Source of the DNA: Octopus sinensis
Lineage: Eukaryota
NCBI RefSeq assembly: GCF_006345805.1
Contig: NC_043000.1
Span: 145,762,001-145,826,000 of the forward strand
Reading direction: 5' to 3'
DNA: 64,000 nt
Part shown: piece by piece, positions 1 through 14,922 of the stretch
Numbering within the stretch: position 1 is the stretch's first letter
Layout of the letters: the number at the start of each line of letters is the position of its first letter
Translations under genes and position numbers: made by a program
Notes under the pieces: model-generated
Database searches by the model: none
What the model saw: the letters and a program-made list of their open reading frames with translations, nothing else
What the model was told of the DNA's origin: nothing

Positions 1-272
1 TTCCTTCATTGTTTTATCCAGATGTCAACCTGCAGGTTGAGCATCAAATGCCACATCTGCAGATTTGGCTTCTTTTAAAGGTTATCAGTATTAACCTTCA
101 GCATAAATCGCAAAAATCAATAATTGTTTACCCAATTTTCTATGTTCCTAAGAATTTTTTTTTTTAATCAGGGTCATTTCCTTGTTAAGTCAAATATATA
201 TCCTACGTTGATTTAGGATTTAGTTTGGCATAGGCATTTTCCTATTCTCGGCAAGCAGATGGTTTTAATAAA

Positions 273-598
273 ATTATAGGCTTTCGGCAAAATGAAGAAA
301 TGCCGTGTCAGTAGGAATAGCCTACTGAAGGTCGCATTTGAGAATAATACACGCACGCACGCACAGACACACACACAGATATATATATAGCCTACTGACG
401 GTCGCATTTGACAATAACACACACACGCACGCACAGACACACACATACACACACACACACACAGATATATATATATGTGTGTGTGTGTGTGTGTATGTGT
501 GTGTATGTGCGTGCGTGTGTGTGTTATTGTCAAATGCGACCGTCAGTAGGCTGTTCCTACTGACACGGCATTTCTTCATTTTGCCGAAAGCCTATAAT
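273..598. repeat. Fold-back inverted repeat around a CA/TA/GT microsatellite, with an internal partial duplication
   Basis: ttataggctttcggcaaaatgaagaaatgccgtgtcagtagg... (274-360) is the reverse complement of 510-598; 388-470 repeats 318-385. Confidence 0.9.
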
Positions 599-613
599 AT
601 ATATATATGAAAG

Positions 614-652
<39 letters not shown>

Positions 653-680
653 TATATATATTATATATATATATATATAT

Positions 681-964
681 ATGAATTTTTTGCGTAACGA
701 GATAAAAAAAACCAAGGCTGTATGGATATTAGAGCATTTATAGTTAGACCTTCTATCTACAAATGCTCTAATATCCATACAACCTTGGTTTTTTATCTCA
801 TTACGCAAAAACTTCATATATACATACACTGATATAGAACCAACGTTGAACCCTTTATTTGCAATATTACCGAATCTGGAACTTAACTATGGTCTGTCTA
901 TAGCACTTATTCAGCATTACCTGACACATTTGGGTCTCAATGACACATTATCTCTCATTACCTC

Positions 965-968
<4 letters not shown>
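681..968 (+). mobile_element. Penelope/retrozyme-like 3' fragment with a 5' fold-back hairpin, between (TA)n tracts
   Basis: 681-747 pairs with 753-817; 746-968 aligns by eye with 9717-9935, which lies directly downstream of an HHR motif. Confidence 0.65.
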
Positions 969-1026
<58 letters not shown>

Positions 1027-3110
1027 TATATATAGGTAAAATTATGAGAGGTTACAAAATTGGCAGAGGGTACAGACATGCACCGCTTTTGCTAAAACTA
1101 AAAGTTAAAACAACTCAAAAGTCACAAAAGCACCCTCTTAATGACTGACAATATATATATTTGATCCGTACAATATATACATAAAAGGAATATAAAATAA
1201 TGCATACTTCGCTGAAATAACTTAAAATAAAAATTTCTTGTCGATTATACCTCAATTATTCTACTAGTTTATGTGCTTTATTTCCTTGCTTATATACCAC
1301 ACGTTTTAAAACATATCCGCGACGTATATATATATTTCCCGAAATTCGCATTTAGAGTTTGTTGAAGAAATTTAGGCAAATTAATGGGAAATAAATATTA
1401 ACTTTCAACAAATATCCGCTATCTAGCTTATATTCATAACATTTTCAGAGGCCACTTAGATTGAGAACATTGATATAGAGGGAAGAATGGATACATATTT
1501 GTAATGTTTCCAGAGAATGTCTTTCAAATATTTGTGTAGACGAACTAGGAAAATTAGGGCTGAATGAAAATTTCCATTACAAGCTTATCCTATCGCATTA
1601 AATTACTTTTTACGGAATCTTCCACATAGAATATATAACGTTAAAACTCCTATGAACTAAGAATATCTTACTTTCATATTTCATGCTTTTGGAAAATAGA
1701 ATTTAGTTTCTCAGCTTCCATAGTTAGATTGTAATATATATGGATGTCTGATATATTCAGAACTGATACTGGAATATCATTCAATTTTGCTGAAAACTAT
1801 GTCACTGTTATCTATATTTCCTACATGTACAGTGTAATATTTCTTTATACACTACATTAGTTTCATTTCAATGAAACTTAAAATAAAAAATTATCCATCA
1901 TATTTAATATGACATTGACTTAGACAATAAACATATAATCAAATTAAACTGGTTTTATCATAATTAATGAAGCAGGCCTCAAGCATCATACCTGAAATAT
2001 TTATGCAGGGATGAGAACACAGCGATAGCACAATGGCCATTATTAACACGGTCTTTTGCACAGCTATCTCAATCTGAACATGTTTTAAGAATTTAAAACA
2101 AAAAACGTTAACTTGCGGATTTTGTTGCTGAAAATGTAGGTATACACTAACATAATATACAGCAAGCAAAGATCTTTTGAAATTGTTAGTACTGGCAAAA
2201 TAACATTCATTCCTTTTGAATTAGATATGTACGATATTGGCGAGTGAAGCCTCATAAATACAGCATGTATCAGCATATTTGAAAAAATACATAAGAACTG
2301 CCTACTGAAAATAATATCTCAGCAAAATTTATTTTGTTGAATTCATTTTTTATTTCCCTAAATATAATGAAAATTTATTGCTAATTGAAAATAAGTGAGG
2401 AATATTCAGAGATTATTACGTCAGGTCAACACGTAAAATAAACCAGGAGTAGAAAACAATGTTTGGTTCAATAGTTCCTCCGAAGTGATTAATTGAAAAG
2501 ACATGTTAATTTCGATTAAATTAGAGCTTTGAATGAATCATTTATTTTACAAATCCGACTAAGTGTAATATCGTTAGAAACGGTTATATAAAGCTATTTA
2601 TCTACATAAATGTAATGTTTGCTCTAAATCCAAGAATTGTTTAAAATGCTGCACAATTCTAAAGTAACACAGAAAACGATTTTACATTGGTGAATAATTC
2701 TATTACAAGTAATTTTATACCTAATTATATATGATTATGGGTATCGAAAATAATAACATCTCCGGAAATTTTGATTTTGTCAACCGCAATATATTATAAA
2801 TAACTGTTTGACGGATTTGAGAGAGAAAACGAGAAAATGCAAAACAACATAAGCTACAAGAACCTGATCATTCCCCCGATAAAATCAGAGCTTCTGGGTA
2901 CCAATTGAACTAGCAATGCATAGAGAATATGCAGAAGTATCTGTGATGAACTTAATAAACGATAGTGGAGAGAATTTCTTTATTTGTGTATTAAGGCTAC
3001 CATTGCTTGCATGTTAAGAAAAATATTTTAATATCTTAACAATTTTACAAGCTGATCACACAGAGGAATAGTGTTCGTCTCTATTTTGTATATATATATA
3101 TATATATATA

Positions 3111-4003
3111 TACGATGTGGTATAAAATGTTCCAGGAATAGTTATATTTAATGAAAAATAATTTATTTACTTAGGTTTTAACATCATCTCCTTCGAAATA
3201 GTCACCCTGCGCAGCAATACACAGGTACCAGCGTCCCTGCCACCTTTAGAATCCGGTCTGGAAGACGTTTTCCGTAAGAGAGTCATGGACCTTCTGCAAT
3301 TCGCTCTACATCTCGACAACGGTGTTAAAACGGTGACCATCGGGCTGTATTTTCATCTTAGGGAAGAGATTGGAGTTCGCAGGTGCTACATCTGGTGAAG
3401 AGAGCGGACGCAGAAACGATATCATGTTGCTTATGTTGAGAAACTCACGTGTGAGGAGGGCTAGGTGAAGAATTCAAATCTTCGCGGTCTACAGATACGA
3501 TCCTTTTCACTGAATGTCCTCCCTCAAACGCTTGAAAACTTCACACTAGAACTCTCGATTGACGGTCAGTCAATGGAGGACGAATTCTCAATCCACAGTG
3601 CCACATATCTGGGAACGACGCTCGAAGCAGTTCTTCCAAATCGTTCATCGTCTTCCAGGGAAGTTCTTCTCTTTTTGAAACACCCAGGACCCTAGAAACA
3701 GTGCTTATGACAAGTGTCTTGTCACCTTAAGCTTCCCGAAACATTCTCAATAGCTCTGTAGCTCACTTCACAACTTTATCGCAAAATTCTACGTTGGCTT
3801 TCTGTTCCTGTCTACGAAAAAATTGCAGACAACAGGATACACGCAATCACAAAGATACAAATTTTACAGCTTGCGAAGTAAAGGCAGCGATGTCACGTGA
3901 CAAACTTATTCATGAATGTCACCGCACTGCGCACGCAATCATGTGGTGCTGTCTTTTGGCACGCTACAGGATTAGTCCGTGAACTATTTCATACCAACTC
4001 GTG
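3111..4003 (-). mobile_element. Decayed, internally deleted mariner-type DNA transposon
   Basis: Imperfect TIRs (tacgatgtggtataaaatgttccagg / ccgtgaactatttcataccaactcgtg); minus-strand translation near 3185-3235 gives the mariner C-terminus RWYLCIAAQGDYFEGD. Confidence 0.75.
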
Positions 4004-4084
4004 TATATATATATATATATATATATATATGCATATACACACACATACACACATATATATATATAATATATATATGTATGTATA

Positions 4085-4192
<108 letters not shown>

Positions 4193-4199
4193 ATATATG

Positions 4200-4232
<33 letters not shown>

Positions 4233-4835
4233 AGCCGCAACGTGTTAACGCGGGATCTCCTAACGACGATATAAACTTCATATAATCAATTCATGGTATC
4301 CCTTCGTTTGGATAATTTACTACTTGTGAGGTTCTGCTGGATATGAAACAGATGTGGCTTGGATTATATCTAATTTTAGGATGTTTGTTCGCATATAGTA
4401 AAACTCTTGTTGCTAACGTTTCACTATATAATTAATGTTTTTGAGATGTTCGTACTTTCATATGGAAAAAATTCACAACCTTCTGCGCCAACAATCCATT
4501 ATTGTTCTTGAAAATTGTTTTTTTATAAATTCTGTGGAATGCTTGAAGCTCACATTAAAATCCTACTCCTTCATCCTTGGAACTTATCCTTGTGTGTGTG
4601 TTTGTGTATGTGTGTATATATATATATATATAATATATATATATATATATTATATATATATATATATGTGTGTGTGTGATGAACTCTGCCGTCGCTGGAT
4701 GTCGTATGAAGGTTCGGCAGTTTCTTGCTAAATAACCACACAGATGCTTTGATTATTTGTGTGCACATTTGCTCACTCTCTCCTCCAAATCGTGAATACC
4801 TGTACAGGTGCAACGTGTGCCACATGTCAGATGAC

Positions 4836-4958
4836 GAACTGATAGCAGAGCAACGTAAAATGAAGTGCTTTGCTCAAGAACACAATGTAACGCCAGGTCC
4901 AGGAATCGAAGTACGATCTCGCAATCGTGAGTGCATCACCTTAACCACTAACCCATGC
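4836..4958 (-). mobile_element. Degenerate tRNA-derived SINE 5' part, related to the 40100-40853 family
   Basis: gagcaacgtaaaatgaagtgctttgctcaagaacacaa...ggtccaggaatcgaa matches the 40.1-40.9 kb SINE units. Confidence 0.7.
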
Positions 4959-7900
4959 TTTATCATGTGTGTGTGTGTGTGTAATCTTTTCTACTCTATG
5001 CACATGGTCCGTAGTTTTTGGTAGGGACCAGTCGATTTGATCGACCACAGTACACAACTGGTACTTAAATTGTGGTACTCAAATCATGCCCGGAAATATT
5101 AGCACACCGGCAGCGACTCCACCAGCAACAACAACTTCATTAGTCCCGGTGTAAACGAAAGATACATCAGCGTTGGTAGCGCATCCAATACACAGATTCG
5201 AAAATATGTCTTATTTTGGGATATCAGACAGGTGCAACATTACGTCGCTGTCTAACCACGTACGATGCTTAAAAGAGGTAGGAACCTCCTATATAATTAA
5301 ATAGCAGCTCATTGCATTACTGGGGGTAAGCTCTCCTTGGCAGAGTGGACAGGTATCTAAAATATACTTGCTTGAACGGGGACTTTTTCAATTCCAGGAA
5401 AGAAGTATTGAGTGAATGCCCACATCTAAAGCGTTTTCTACTACAAACTTGGAATTCCACAAGCAGGTTTCACTCTAAATGAAATTAATTCGAAGCGACC
5501 AACTCAGCATTGCCTCTATATTTCTTATCTTGATTATACAGGTAGTGTCTAACACAGAAGCCAGTAGCTGAGGGCTACGCATGGTTTGGTAGCATTATAT
5601 TTCTTCAGTAATCTGCAAAGATGATTGAGTAGACGTCTGTCATGAAGATACATGCCATACGTTGATTGAGGCATCCACAAATTATGGCTCACGAGATGTT
5701 TTGAATTCCACGTCTAACGAAAATTGATCTTCGATTTTTTGTTTTAGTAGGTCTTCCCTGGTGATAATCTATATATCTCCCGCTTCTCGAAAATGTTGCG
5801 CACATGCCTATGTTAATTAGTTCTAACAATAGCACACAGCTCAAGAAGCTTAGTGACTTCCTCTACCCTCAGTCGTATTTTGTCGAGACTGCGAAAGGCT
5901 TAATGTATCGCAACTGGCAATCTGACAGTACCTTCAAAATATCGCTCAGCAAAGTATTCCAAAGTCAACCATTGTGGCCTTCATCTTATACGAGGGGAGC
6001 ATTAAAAAAAAGAACTTAAATAGTTTCTTGAATTTAAACAGTTTCTTACATACACTAGGTAATCTCATGTGTGATATATGTTCAAAACGTTTTATTTTTA
6101 CGAAGATCAGAATTATAGATAACAAAGCAACGTGATGAAACACATCTTAGTGGCTCAGGTGAGTCAAATTCCAGTATATGTGGGTGAGTTTTGTATGTGT
6201 GAGTGTGGACATGAATATGCATCTGCGTAGAAAGTTATATAGATAGATACATTCATATATGTATACTACATACATACATACATACATACATACATACATA
6301 CATACATACATACTCACATACATACATACACAGTTCTGCTTCTTCGGCAACCTTTTGCTTTTAGTTATAGTTCAGCTGTATTAAGATTATAATTTGAGAA
6401 GTTGTTAAGCCTCATTAATCACTTTACTATTCAAAGAGCAATGTACGCGCGCGCAACTACACACACACATCTACATACACACACTCTTATGTATGCATAA
6501 AATCCATATTGTCCTTTATTTGTCTGTTTCGTTCTTTGGCATCTCGTAATGGGAATATATTTCAATGCATTAAACGTGGCGTTTTGTTTCCACGAAGGAG
6601 ATATAGACAGAACAAATTGTAGTGAAAAGACCAAAAAAATACCACCATTCTTTTTGAAGCAGACGTTCCATCTTTCAAGCACCAGCAAATTAATTCAAAG
6701 AGAAAATGAAAATCTCTAAAATAGCTGGAATTCACTGATTTTATGGTGTTTTTGAAAATAGTTTTAGATGTTTGCTGTGTTTTTTTATGCATATTTGTTT
6801 ATAACAAAACATCAAAAGGAATTTTAATGGCCCTTCTTTTTTCACAAAAATTATTATTTGTTGTCTGATTAAAAAGAATGCAATTGCGCATAACTTAACC
6901 TTCCGTTTTCGTAACATTTCTTTTTTTTTTCTTCTGCTGTTGTAATCTTTTCTTAATGTTTCATCACCTTCTTGTAAAACTGTAATTTTCATTATTTGTT
7001 TTATGCAGCAATTGTGAACTTTATGTGCCTGTTTTCAAGATGCAAATTGAAGCATATGTGTAGATATTATCGGCACGTTTTATTCATATGTTTTGAGTAT
7101 GACATAATATTTTTATCCCATTAATTATATAAAAGCAAACGTCAGTGACAAACGAAATTACATTACAACTTAAAGAATTACGAGCTCTTATTCATGTATG
7201 AGCTCTTATTGTTTCCTTTAAAGCAGACTTTTCGGTATATCTACTCAGCAACCACATCTCAAGAATGATCACCTGCCCAAGTTGTTTGTATCATTAGCAT
7301 TACCCCCTGAGAATACGGTTATCTGTATCTTTATAATTATCGTCAAAATACATCTACTTGTATCAAATATATGGGGAAATATTCCAACGGGGGGGGGGCA
7401 TGTACAAATTGCTATATTTGGCCACTATAGGATGAAATGATTTCATCATGACATTCGCGAAATAATTTGCTTTGTTTCTTCTATATTGCTTCTTTTTCAT
7501 ACCTAGATAACTCAGAGAATATACTTTCATTTACAAAATACTTGCTTGTTGATTTAGATATTTCTAAAAGAATATAACATGGTCGGAGATGACAATCTGC
7601 ATAGCGTGCTGTATAAACGAACAATTTCATCAGATCAACTAGTGTGTAAAGGCTTAAATTTCAATTAATTTACGAAATAGGAGTTCAAGTTTTTAAGATC
7701 ATATAAAAATATAAAGTCACTGCGCATTTTTAACTTCTTTACTTCCACACCTCAAACGTAAGATCTCTTATCTGAAGACAGAGTATCGTCTCATCCTCTG
7801 ATGTAATCAACGTACAAACATTATTTTGGGACACCGAGCCCCACAAAACAGCTGTTGGATTTGTGATACATTTCTTCAAACCCTTTGATCCTCTACTTCA

Positions 7901-8063
7901 TTTGTATTGTGTCAGTTGGACGTTTTTTTTTTATGTAAACATATATACCTTTCCTTTATGCATTTCTAGTATCTCATATATTAATAGAGTAAAACTTTCT
8001 ATACTGATCCGCTTAACTTACTTATCCCTATATGTCTCTGTCTGTCTGTCTCTCTCTCCCTCT

Positions 8064-8111
<48 letters not shown>

Positions 8112-9659
8112 ATATATAAGATTCAGTTGAATTAGGTACTAAAGTTGAGGCACCTCATTAAGTCGAATAATACACACTCACCAATATTATGTAAATATCA
8201 ACTTTGGCACAGGAGTACCGGCAGAACGATATTCCTGTAGAGCATGCAGATAGTTTGCAACAGGTGAGTATATAATCCGCTCTTGAGCTACTCAAACATG
8301 TACATTTTATTTAATATACAGTCCATAATATACAACGGACGTTTCTAACAACCCCTTTAATTGACTAATAGGTACATTATATCAATTATAAAGAAACCGT
8401 TTTCCTCGGATGACTATAAGAAATTTATAGTCAAGGACATTCTAAGTGATTTAACATATTTTAAATCTACCAAACAAAATATTTTCGCTGATTCTGCTAC
8501 TATTTTAGTTGACAAACCAAATTTACAACAATAATGTTCCTTTAATCAGATCAGAAAAATGTAGAGGTTTGTAGGTTTTCTACTTGCCGGAATGAATAGG
8601 CGGCCTCCAGTGACCCAATTACTCCCACTTCTAATAACAGAGATAGCAGTGGCACCGTTTATGTGGGATATATCTGGGATATATCTGTCAAAGAAAGAGT
8701 TGTTTATTGTCTACTTGAAAGTTGTAAGAGAATGATTAGTGGTCAGTTCAACCTACTGAATTATCAAGGTCATTTGTGATGGAACTCATTCACAAGCTTT
8801 ATCTCTACAACTAGACAATTAAGAGAGAAGTAATAGGATACCGGGAGAAAGGGGCGGAGAGGATAAAGGCAAAAAGGAAGTAAACCAACACAACCGTACC
8901 TAATTCTCGTAATTCAAAGGGAGAACAAACTTTGAATGATAATGGAATAAAGTTATGGGTGCAAAACCCTAAATCATGACTTTGAGAATCATTGAAAGGA
9001 AATAAAAATAAAACCTACTCGAAGATAGCAGAACCATCGTATTAAAATTTTACTAACCCTGCCCCCTCTATCTTTACCCTTCACGTAGGCTCTATCACTA
9101 CATACCTAACACTCCTTTATTATTTACACTCTCATCTTTTTACACTCTCATATCTTTCTCTCTTTATCACCCTCACCCCTATTCCTTCTAACTAACACTC
9201 CTTTACTCTTTACACTCTTATCTCTTTACACTCTCATATCTTTCTCTATCACCCTCACCTCCACATTCCTTCAATCAATTTATCGTGAATGACCACTAAC
9301 CAGTACACTTTCCCTCTCTTCATTTCTCTATTATCTCTCTCCTTGCCTTTCCTTTTTCTTTTTCCTTTTTCCTTTCTTTCTGTCTTTGATGTGACCTTAC
9401 AAACACATTTCAAACTTTTAAGTCACTTCAAAAATAAGAAAACACCTCGATTCAATAACACCTTTACAAACGCTATGCTTGGAATGACCAATTTTAAATA
9501 CAATTAGAACTTAATCGCAAGGTACAGGAATATTATATCTATACCATTCTGCCTAAATAATGGAACTGAATATACAATATCCATGCATATCCCACGTCTA
9601 TTTTCATTCCTCCAATTTATTCTTTATTTCATATCTTACCTAGAATAACTATTGCTTAA

Positions 9660-9934
9660 TCATCTTCTCACACTCTCCGATGAAGGGATATATAACATAT
9701 CCCTGAAATAGCTGTAAGACATTCTATTTCTAAATGTCCTGAAATTTTTCACAGCCTTGGATTTTTATCTCATTCTGATAATTTTTTTTATATATACACA
9801 TGCTAATATATTACCTACGCTGGACTCCTCATTCGCATTATGACCGAACCTGGAGCTTAACTATAGTCTGTCCATAGCACTTACTCAGCATAACCTGACG
9901 CCATTGGGTCTTATTGACACCATTACCTCTCATA

Positions 9935-9935
<1 letters not shown>
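9660..9935 (+). mobile_element. Penelope-like terminal repeat remnant containing an HHR, ending at (TA)n
   Basis: HHR motif plus downstream homology to 746-968; terminates in attacctctcataa(ta)n. Confidence 0.5.
9674..9719 (+). ncRNA. Minimal type I hammerhead ribozyme motif (U4C variant)
   Basis: tct-CCGATGA-agggata/tataaca/tatccct-GAAA-tagctg-TA-aga: 7-bp stem II, near-palindromic stem III, GUA site after 9716, 3-bp stem I. Confidence 0.65.
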
Positions 9936-9966
<31 letters not shown>

Positions 9967-10993
9967 GTGTGTGTATGTATATACACACAGTGTGACATTA
10001 TTTAGCTAGCTACCGACATCATAATTCCCAAAATATCGTTACGATATTGCTTTCGACATGGCAGCTTACGTACATGTGGGCACTCATACACACACACACA
10101 CTCCCATAGACAAATGCAGGAACACACACACATACAAACACATAATTGTGTATTGTGTGTAAGTGTGTGTACGTGATTGCTTGCAGGCATGTGTACGCGT
10201 GTGTAGATGAATCTGTGTGTTTGTGAGTGTGCGTTGCTGTATAAATGGCTGATGAACACAACTGAGTCTAAATGAGCCTCGCCTTTCCATAAGGAAGAAC
10301 CTGTTCCCATGGAGTCTCAAATTTATGTAGATTCGAAATGACAAAGAAATCTTTCACTCGTTGCTTTTTCACACATAGCGAGGTAACATTTATACTGTAT
10401 ACATTTGTATGGCTAGACAGCGGGATGTGGTCATGAACAGACAGATAAAATATAGTTGAAAAAGTAGATAGATAGAAATCTATATTATGTATATCAATAG
10501 TTGACTTGGACCTGGCGTAAATTTGAACTCAGAATATTATAATACGCATTATAATAAAAAAATATATATCAGTGCAATTGTGTACCACATTAATAAATAG
10601 GTTATCCGCCACCAAATTGCTAATAACTTTTGAAAAGATTGCAAGGCACTAGCAACAATAAATGAAAAAGCATATAAATGCCTAATAAAGGAACATGAAT
10701 ATACCTACTTTAAATGAAGACGAATTCCATGAACTTTGTATCGATTTACAATTACTAATTTGGTGCAATCCACAATTTTATTACTCACTATTAATGACCG
10801 CAAGAAATATTCATGTCCATTGTTGCATAAGAAGGAAAAATATAACTTTCTTTATGGATGAATATGGAAGTTACGATTTGGTGACTATACTCAACAATAA
10901 GTCAAAATCTTTTGTAATGTTCATAGAAATTGAATATTATAAATGTAGGACAATATGGAGTCATATATTATTTGTAAAATATTTATATCTTGC

Positions 10994-11034
<41 letters not shown>

Positions 11035-11436
11035 GTATCTATGTATGTATTATGGTTTTATGTATGTATATATACCAGCCGTGCGTTCGTACGCGCATAC
11101 ATAAGTATACAAATATGCACATATAAACATTCAAACTCACGAACTCACACACACATACATACATACATACACACATACACACACACAGCACACTATATAT
11201 GCTTATATACATACAAACACCGAAGTAGAAAGAAGTAGATATATAAGTGGAAGAGTGTTCTTACTGTTGGAGTGACATGTATCTGTGTCACCGTAGGTGT
11301 TTAATATATGCGTATATATGTACATGAATACATAGATTCATATATATATACGTGTGGGTATGTGGGTGTATGTGTGTGTGCTTTCGTGCGCACGCGTGTG
11401 TGCGTGTGGGTGTATGTGTATGAATATACATATGTT

Positions 11437-11475
<39 letters not shown>

Positions 11476-13759
11476 GTACGTATATATGTACATACATACA
11501 CATATATGCATATTCACATGCAAACATATTTGAACTCACATATGAACATCATGTTTTTTGGTATTCATTACTAATGATGTAGGTGGAATAATAATTGCTC
11601 AATTGAGCTATAGGCTAGAACATTTTACATGAGAACATCAAAGCGTAATGTAAATGGCTTGTATAAACTATAAACCTGGAGTCATGTCCCAGAATAAATG
11701 TGACTTGTTGCCATAGTTCTATCATGTATCGGCATATATTTTATTTACCAAATGAATTAGCTAAACGAAACTAGCATAAAGTAAATTATGCAAATAACAA
11801 ATGGAGGACAATAAATGGTGGTGCTGACATCAGGTAAATACGAGATAACATGGAAGAATACACAGTCGTAAATTATCAAACGTACGGTAGAATATTTATG
11901 ATTGCATTTTATGCTGACCAAGATACAATGTCAGTATAATCAGAATATGATCTTCCTTCGCGCATATCTATTTGTCACTGCTGGCAATTCCCATCTAGAA
12001 TTCAGGCAATCTTGTTGTCAATTTCATTTGTAGTACTAGCCCCCCGTACATTTGGAAATTGTGATAACACCATTGTAATATTTCTCGGATATGAGTCGTT
12101 TCTTTGGCATCAAACACGCAATATGTGCGTGTAGATGAATATATACGTGTTAACATATGGTAAGTTTCAACGCAAATGCGTAAAAGTCTATGATTATTTT
12201 CTTCTTTAAGCTACTTCACTTGAGATGCGGTTCACCACACCATGCCACGGAACTCTGTATCACTTTATGATTCGTAGGTTCAAAATTTAATTTTTGTGTT
12301 CCTTCCATGAACATTAATATAGTTGAGTTGTTTCCGTCCTGTATTTAGGTGTTGAAGTCTCCAAAATTTAAAATCACCTATAGCATGGTGTTTCACATCA
12401 TAACAGTGAGCATGAAAACCTGTCATTTGTTAAGTAAGAATAATAGAGATGGATTTAATGCGTTCACTAATGATCTCTTGCAAATTTGATGTCATAATTT
12501 TCATCATTCAGGTCACAGTCGTCTCTGGTTGAAATTGTTAGTATCATATTTTCCCCTGTTTCCGCTTATTTCTATAGTATGTATATGTTTATGAATAATC
12601 TCGCGCACACACCTAGCCATACACTAACTAGACATGTACTTCATGTATTTTGTGGTTATTCGGCAAATTATTAGTAAAATGCTTTATTTCCAGCTTGACT
12701 TATGTTTCCGTCAGTAAAATCACAGAATAAATTTCAATATCTTTTACGTTTTTATTCTCCATTTTTCCTGACGTTGAAAAAGATAATTCCAAAACATTAA
12801 AAAGTTCTCAAAATTTTTACTCGACAAATTATGGATTAACCCACTTTCATCTCAAGTCTCATCAATCCAATGCTGATTTTTTTGAAAGTTATTTCAGGGA
12901 ATACCTATCTGCAACTCCTCAATGTTGACTAAAATTTTGCGATAATATCTACGATGGCGACGAAGACAACAACAACGACGTCGATGAGGATGATGATAAG
13001 CACGGGGGTCGAGCATCATTATATATACAGTGGTTATAATGAGGTTGATTGGAAAGACGATGGTGATACATAGCTATTTGTATGTTTTATATTATCGTCT
13101 GCCTTCCTTTCAATTGCGGACTGTTGCTGATGAAAGACCTTGACGTTGTTAGACAGCAGAATCTGTGGATATCACGACAATATACTTCAATTCACGCCCA
13201 CTGAATCGATTTATCTTTCACGTTTAACTGATCAAATAGTAGGGGCACCAATTTGTTGTATTTTGCCAGATACAGCTATCATTATTGTTACACTTCCACA
13301 AATTGATTTCGCTGCTTTGGATTATGTATGGACTTTGTGTATTGACGGAAGCAATTTGTAAAAAAAATATTATGGAAATACTGATTGGTATACCTAAATA
13401 ACAAATACCAATTTATCGGGATCAGTAACTTTAATTATCTTGGGCAATAATTCGTTAAGCCTCACCAAGGAGAGATTCTGACATACACACGCTAGTATAC
13501 TTCAAATTATGAGAATAAAATTTGCAAACGTTCGTGAAAATTATCACCACGTGGTCCAGAATCAACGCATTAATTAAAATCTGTAGTGTTCGGCCTGAGA
13601 GACACGAATAAATTTTCAAACACCCACTCTCACATTCAGTGTCTCTCTTTCTCTCTTTCTTTTATCTATCAATCTATCTATATATTCTCCACTCTCACTC
13701 ACCCTCCTCTCTCTCTCTCTGTATATATACATATATATCTATATCTATCTATCTATCTA

Positions 13760-13834
<75 letters not shown>

Positions 13835-13903
13835 GTATATGTGTATGTATATGTATATATATGTATATAATATATATAAGCATATATTTAATATATGTAT
13901 ATA

Positions 13904-13948
<45 letters not shown>

Positions 13949-14054
13949 ATGTATATGTATATATATATGTTTGTGTGTGTTTGTATGTACATATGCGTAT
14001 GTTTACATGGGTTGATTTATAACTGTATTGGTTCGTAAATCCACACAAAGATTA

Positions 14055-14922
14055 TACCCATAAGAAACCGGAATTATCCAATATAATTTTATTCACTTAA
14101 TTTTTAAATGATTTCACTTTCATCGCCTACAAATGTTCTCCAATTGAAGCAATGCGTCACTCCTGAAACGTCTTCCATTATTCGAAGCAACACAGGAACT
14201 CTTGCAAAGTGATGCCTTTTAACGCCTCCGACATTTTTTCTTCACCTATTCCATATCTGCAATTTCTGTATCACCAGCTTTCGTCACCAGTGATGATCTT
14301 CGTACAGTTGGCCGGATCAACTGATCTTCCATATCAGTGCATGTGTTAAGTCGTGACTTGTTTTTTTTTTATTTTCCGTGAGCAAACGTGGTACACATCT
14401 TGCTGCAACTCTTTTCATTCGCAATTCCTCGCTGAAAATTCGTTGGTAGGAGTTCCACGACACACCAGTCATATCAGCAAGTTCGTCAATTATTCGGTGA
14501 CGGTCTTTCAAGTTTAGTTTATGAATTTTAAAGATTTTTTCATTCGATCGGGAGGTCTACGGTTATCCTGAACGAAATTGATCCTCAAGCGACTAGTGAC
14601 AATTCCGAAACCGTGGAAACCCTAGTTAACTTGTATTTTGCTCAAAGCAGCGTCCTTCTGAGCTGTTTGAAGCAGGACAACTGTTTCGGCCGCATTTTTC
14701 CCCAACAGAAAAGAGAATTTTACGGAAGCACGCTGATCTTTTTTTCCAGCCATCGCAAAATTCGACGAACAAGAGAGAAGCACCGCAAAACATAGACTCA
14801 CCACGTGGAAGTACGACCACAGTCGACGACGCCGATCTGCAGAATGATGCCTGAGGATCGCATCAAGTGGCTTCTAACGGCGGAAAAGAACACTTCCATT
14901 CATTTTTCGTCACCCCCTCATA
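14055..14922 (-). mobile_element. Decayed mariner transposon (transposase pseudogene)
   Basis: ORF pieces MAGKKDQRASVKFSFLLGKNAAETVVLLQTA (N-terminal HTH) and ELADMTGVSWNSYQRIFSEELRMKRVAARCVPRLLT (WVPR-like motif); TIR-like end cgtcaccccctcata. Left boundary approximate. Confidence 0.8.

Noticed and set aside
5080-6020. Old LINE remnant or exon in relatively GC-balanced sequence
   Set aside because: No convincing motif in any frame by eye.
8300-9660. Autonomous Penelope RT/GIY-YIG ORF upstream of the HHR
   Set aside because: No ORF or recognisable RT or GIY-YIG motif could be read.
13140-13480. Possible CUB-like coding exon
   Set aside because: Resemblance is vague, there are in-frame stops, and splice sites are not convincing.
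14850-14900. CTGAGGA...GAAA motif
   Set aside because: No stem I or III; it lies within the mariner 5' region.
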